Source: Abditibacterium sp.
GTDB taxonomy: Bacteria > Armatimonadota > Abditibacteriia > Abditibacteriales > Abditibacteriaceae
NCBI GenBank assembly: GCA_965199495.1
Contig: CBDASK010000003.1
Span: 1,856,001-1,920,000, forward strand
Direction: 5' to 3'
Length of the DNA stretch: 64,000 nt
This document shows, one piece after another, positions 60,299 through 64,000 of the stretch. The position numbers were made by a program, and so were the translations under genes. Every line of letters starts with the position of its first letter. Position 1 is the first letter of the stretch. Under the pieces are notes generated by a model. It saw only the letters and a program-made list of their open reading frames with translations, was not told the DNA's origin and ran no database searches.

Positions 60299-61051
60299 CT
60301 AATCCCTGACTACTTTCAAAAGGTGACAGACCGCCCTGCCATCTGGCTCCAGTGTTATGTCTGCCGATACAACTTGTCCAACGGCGATATCGGAGAATTG
60401 AATTCGAGTTGAACGCGTAAAAGTCATGGTTTCCGGCTTCAAGACGGTTAGCATAACTCCATCGCCCGGTTCGCCAAATTTGAAAGCGCCTGTTTTGGGA
60501 AGGTAATCGGGTTTGGTAACAGTGATGATTCCCAGGGTTACTCCACCATTTTGAGGAGCGTCTGGGCCATTTCCATAAGTGGTTTTAGACATTCTATCGC
60601 CAAATTCAAACTGCGTGATCCCGGCGCGAACTGAGGAAGAGAAACCGGGCGTCCAGAAGAAAATTTGATCTGGGTCTGTGGCGGCTTTACGCTCCAGCAC
60701 AAAGGGCGCCAGCGAGGTCAGTGGCAAAGAACCTTCGTTCATCAAGAAGTCGAAATCATCGTTGCGAATTTCGGACAACGTATCGCCAATTTTGAGATCG
60801 GCCAGCGAAAGTCCTCGCTCTTCTCTAACGAACTTCGCGGAAGCGATCCATAGACTTAAAGTGCCGTTCGGTGTTGCAACTCGCAGACTATCGGTCGCGG
60901 GAGAAATCTCTACAATTGTGGTTTCGGGCGTGCGGAGAGTGTCTTTCGATTGTTGGCTTAGAGCAGGAAACGCGGTGCTTAAGAGCAAGGCGCCGGAAAA
61001 TAGCGAAACACCGAAAATACGGCTTACTTTTGGAGAGAAATGGCTTTTCAT
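60299..61051 (-). CDS. Secreted hypothetical protein
   Basis: Signal peptide; LADLKIGD and FSDIAVGQ repeated beta-type motifs. Confidence 0.65.
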   Translation of the reverse strand: MKSHFSPKVSRIFGVSLFSGALLLSTAFPALSQQSKDTLRTPETTIVEISPATDSLRVATPNGTLSLWIASAKFVREERGLSLADLKIGDTLSEIRNDDFDFLMNEGSLPLTSLAPFVLERKAATDPDQIFFWTPGFSSSVRAGITQFEFGDRMSKTTYGNGPDAPQNGGVTLGIITVTKPDYLPKTGAFKFGEPGDGVMLTVLKPETMTFTRSTRIQFSDIAVGQVVSADITLEPDGRAVCHLLKVVRD

Positions 61052-61079
61052 TGGAGCATTAAGAAAATTTTCACCATTG

Positions 61080-61113
61080 AAAAAGGGCGCGAACCAAAGT
61101 TTCGCGCCCTTTT
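61080..61113 (-). terminator. Intrinsic terminator after the thiC fragment
   Basis: aaaaagggcgcgaa-ccaaag-ttcgcgccctttt. Confidence 0.85.
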
Positions 61114-61116
61114 ATT

Positions 61117-61521
<405 letters not shown>

Positions 61522-61524
61522 TTA

Positions 61525-62652
61525 TCACAATGAGTTTTCGTATTCCACTATTGGAGTGAGTAGCATCTTGCCAAAAGCTGGCGGCACAGCGTTGCCTATT
61601 ACTTTATATTTCCTATCGAGACTACCGCTTGGAATTGTTGTTTCGGGCAAGCCTTGGATTGCAGCGCATTCCCTCCAAGATAAACGCCGATTGAACTCTC
61701 CTTGTAACGCCCATTCATCTACGCCAACCGACACCATAGGACTCCCTCCTGGATGTAATGGAACATGGTGCGCATGGGCCACAATCGTAAAACTCGGTTC
61801 TTTCCAAGAGCGTTTTCTATTTCTGGTCAAATAATGACCGTGAAATGAAGTGTCACAGTAATCATCATCACTCCACGTTTTGCCCATTATAGCTTTCTCC
61901 AAAGTTTGCGGTTCTGAGCCGATCACGCCCTGTTCCAACTCTTCTTCAAAAGAACGCAACGCCAACCCTGTCCATTTGCAGCTACCTTTGTAAACGCGCT
62001 TGCGACATGCAGATGCTTTTTTTCCTTCAACCTGAAGTTCCAAAGTCCGCGCAATATTTCTTGCCCTCTCACGCAGATAGAAGTCCGCATGAGTAGGCTT
62101 GACAAATTGATACTTGAACTTAATATCTCGGCGCACACCAACGATAAAAACTCGTTCTCGATTTTGAGCAACGCCGTAACGCGAGGCATCCATCTGAGCG
62201 AAAGTAATTTTATAGCCGAGTTCTTTAAAACTGCGAATCTGGTCTTGAAAGAACCAACCATCATCAGCAGATAGCATCCCTCTTACATTCTCTACGAACA
62301 AGTAGCGCGGTTGTACTTGTTTTAACACTCGTAAGAATTCTTTGTAAAGAAAATTCCCCTTGACTTCTTGTAAATCTCGCGGCTCTATGGCGCCAGATGA
62401 GCGACGGCGCGATCCGAGGCTGAATCCGGTGCAAGGATAGCAACCAATGAGCACATCAGCGTTGGGGAATTTCTGAAGGCGAATAATATCAGATTCGTGA
62501 AAGTCGACGTTAGGGAAAGTGTTTTGGTAAGCGTGAGCGGCACTGGTATCTATATCGTTAGCCCAGATTATTTTTGCTCCGGCCTGTTGAGCGCCCCAAT
62601 CGAAGCCTCCACATCCCGAAAATAGCGAAATTGCTGTTAATTCTTTGCGCAC
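61525..62652 (-). CDS. C5 cytosine DNA methyltransferase
   Basis: SLFSGCGG, GCYPC, ENV, QNRERVF, IGNAVPP; start GTG 62652 (AAGGAG SD) or ATG 62721. Confidence 0.95.
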   Translation of the reverse strand: MRKELTAISLFSGCGGFDWGAQQAGAKIIWANDIDTSAAHAYQNTFPNVDFHESDIIRLQKFPNADVLIGCYPCTGFSLGSRRRSSGAIEPRDLQEVKGNFLYKEFLRVLKQVQPRYLFVENVRGMLSADDGWFFQDQIRSFKELGYKITFAQMDASRYGVAQNRERVFIVGVRRDIKFKYQFVKPTHADFYLRERARNIARTLELQVEGKKASACRKRVYKGSCKWTGLALRSFEEELEQGVIGSEPQTLEKAIMGKTWSDDDYCDTSFHGHYLTRNRKRSWKEPSFTIVAHAHHVPLHPGGSPMVSVGVDEWALQGEFNRRLSWRECAAIQGLPETTIPSGSLDRKYKVIGNAVPPAFGKMLLTPIVEYENSL

Positions 62653-62720
62653 AGAAATACACTCCTTTTTCTCATCATCTCTCTTTTTATCATATATGGG
62701 CACGCATGGCCAGTCGCACA

Positions 62721-63743
62721 TTAATAATTTTCTCTTCTTTCTTCAAGAGCGCGTTGCACTAATGCGCGGGCTGGCTCCGCCTCAAATGTAGCCAAACTGT
62801 TGGCCAGTAGCTTCATCAATCTCTCTCGATCAACCAATATACTGCGCACCATATCCTTCAGTTGCCATCCTCCGCTGGTCTGTCGAAAGCAGTAGGGAAT
62901 GAATACCATATTGCAAGCAGGAGTTACATAGCTAATTCTTTGTTGCCACAGTTCATATCCAGAACTGCTTTGTTTTTTCTCCCATTGAGGTGTGCAACCG
63001 CATTGTGCGAATACCACTAAAAGGCCACTATTTTCGTCTTGCATCGGAAGCCAAGCCACCAAATCTAATCCGCCATCTCCAGTGTTAGTCGAAGGATATT
63101 CATCCTCAAGCAGAAGTTTTCCACGAGTATCCTCAGCCAAAGCTCGAACTTTTTGAAAGAAAGTTCCTTTATAACGCCCATTCTCGGACGTTCCAAAAAT
63201 ATGCACTTCGGGATTTCCAGGTAGATAGTTTCGTAGAGCCTGCGCACATAACCGTTCAAACGCAAAGCCAAAGGATTGTATGTTCCCTTTCCCTACTACA
63301 TACCCTTGACAAGAGCAGAGAAGAAACAAAACATATAACTCGCTTTTCACATCGAGATTTTCTTTTCTAATTAATGTTTCCTTGTCTGCAGAAAGCGTAA
63401 AAGGATAGGCTTGAGAGAACGCATTAACACGATAGTCCAAGTAGCGAAACCAATCGTTTACCTTCTCAATATGTTTTTGGTTGTATTGAGCTTGGTCTCC
63501 AGCAGAAGTCGAGTCAAAACCACTTTCCAAAACCTCATTTTCTTCCAATTCGCTTTCTGGCAACCAAATGTCCAACACATCAGATTGTGAAAGCCGTCCA
63601 TCTGGACTTGTCAGGCAGAGTAATTCTATACCGTCAATCCAATGATGAGACAAATAGTCCGCAGCGGGAGGAGTTCTCTCTACACCGGCCAAAACAGGAC
63701 CTTGAACTTTGTTCTTGACAACTTTTTGCTTGCTCTTGCTCAT
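62721..63743 (-). CDS. Hypothetical protein, putative restriction-endonuclease-like
   Basis: FERLC...GDGGLDLVAW...FAQCGC, resembling a PD-(D/E)xK variant; adjacent to the methyltransferase. Confidence 0.6.
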   Translation of the reverse strand: MSKSKQKVVKNKVQGPVLAGVERTPPAADYLSHHWIDGIELLCLTSPDGRLSQSDVLDIWLPESELEENEVLESGFDSTSAGDQAQYNQKHIEKVNDWFRYLDYRVNAFSQAYPFTLSADKETLIRKENLDVKSELYVLFLLCSCQGYVVGKGNIQSFGFAFERLCAQALRNYLPGNPEVHIFGTSENGRYKGTFFQKVRALAEDTRGKLLLEDEYPSTNTGDGGLDLVAWLPMQDENSGLLVVFAQCGCTPQWEKKQSSSGYELWQQRISYVTPACNMVFIPYCFRQTSGGWQLKDMVRSILVDRERLMKLLANSLATFEAEPARALVQRALEERRENY

Positions 63744-64000
63744 TATTCATCGTCCTCATCTTCTGACAAGCGTAATCTCACCGCATCACGCACGGTTTTT
63801 GTCAACATGAACAACGTCTGCAAATCATTCAAGTCTGTCGAAGATAATTCCAGTTTATGACTCAGGTTATCTTGAGCATCTTTCACTCTTGCAATGGCAT
63901 CAGAAATCGCCTGCTTGAAATTTTCAGTAGGTGCTCCAGTCAAGAGCAATGCTTCCACTAATGGGCGTCCACTGCGAAAAGCATCCACCGCTTGAGGCGT
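63743..64000 (-). CDS. C-terminus of a gene running off the window
   Basis: Open frame to the window edge; TAATG overlap with the next gene. Confidence 0.6.
   Translation of the reverse strand, partial: TPQAVDAFRSGRPLVEALLLTGAPTENFKQAISDAIARVKDAQDNLSHKLELSSTDLNDLQTLFMLTKTVRDAVRLRLSEDEDDE

Overview
Bacterial chromosome window, roughly 55% GC by eye. The 16S sequence looks like the Abditibacteriota/FBP lineage (recognition, not a database result). Core content: a stand-alone 16S rRNA gene with four tandem promoters and its own terminator, tRNA-Val(CAC), a split division/cell-wall cluster (ftsQ-DUF881-sbp-ftsA on minus, murC-murB-ddl on plus), priA, queE/queC, a Wzy/Wzc-type polysaccharide locus with gmd/fcl, several hydrolases and oxidoreductases, a REP-associated tyrosine transposase with its REPs, two further palindromic repeat families, a ruined MmeI-like gene, and a lower-GC methyltransferase island abutting a 3' fragment of thiC. 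Best candidates for new biology: (1) a Cys-rich RAPP-motif leader ORF coupled to a 32-aa, 8-Cys metallothionein-like ORF missing from the ORF track (38318-38853); (2) an ADP-ribosyltransferase-like gene flanked by two paralogous small proteins, one membrane-anchored (59076-60224); (3) the heptamer CGTGGCT, counted at least 57 times by eye and also present as inverted pairs after genes. All product calls come from motif recognition without searches.
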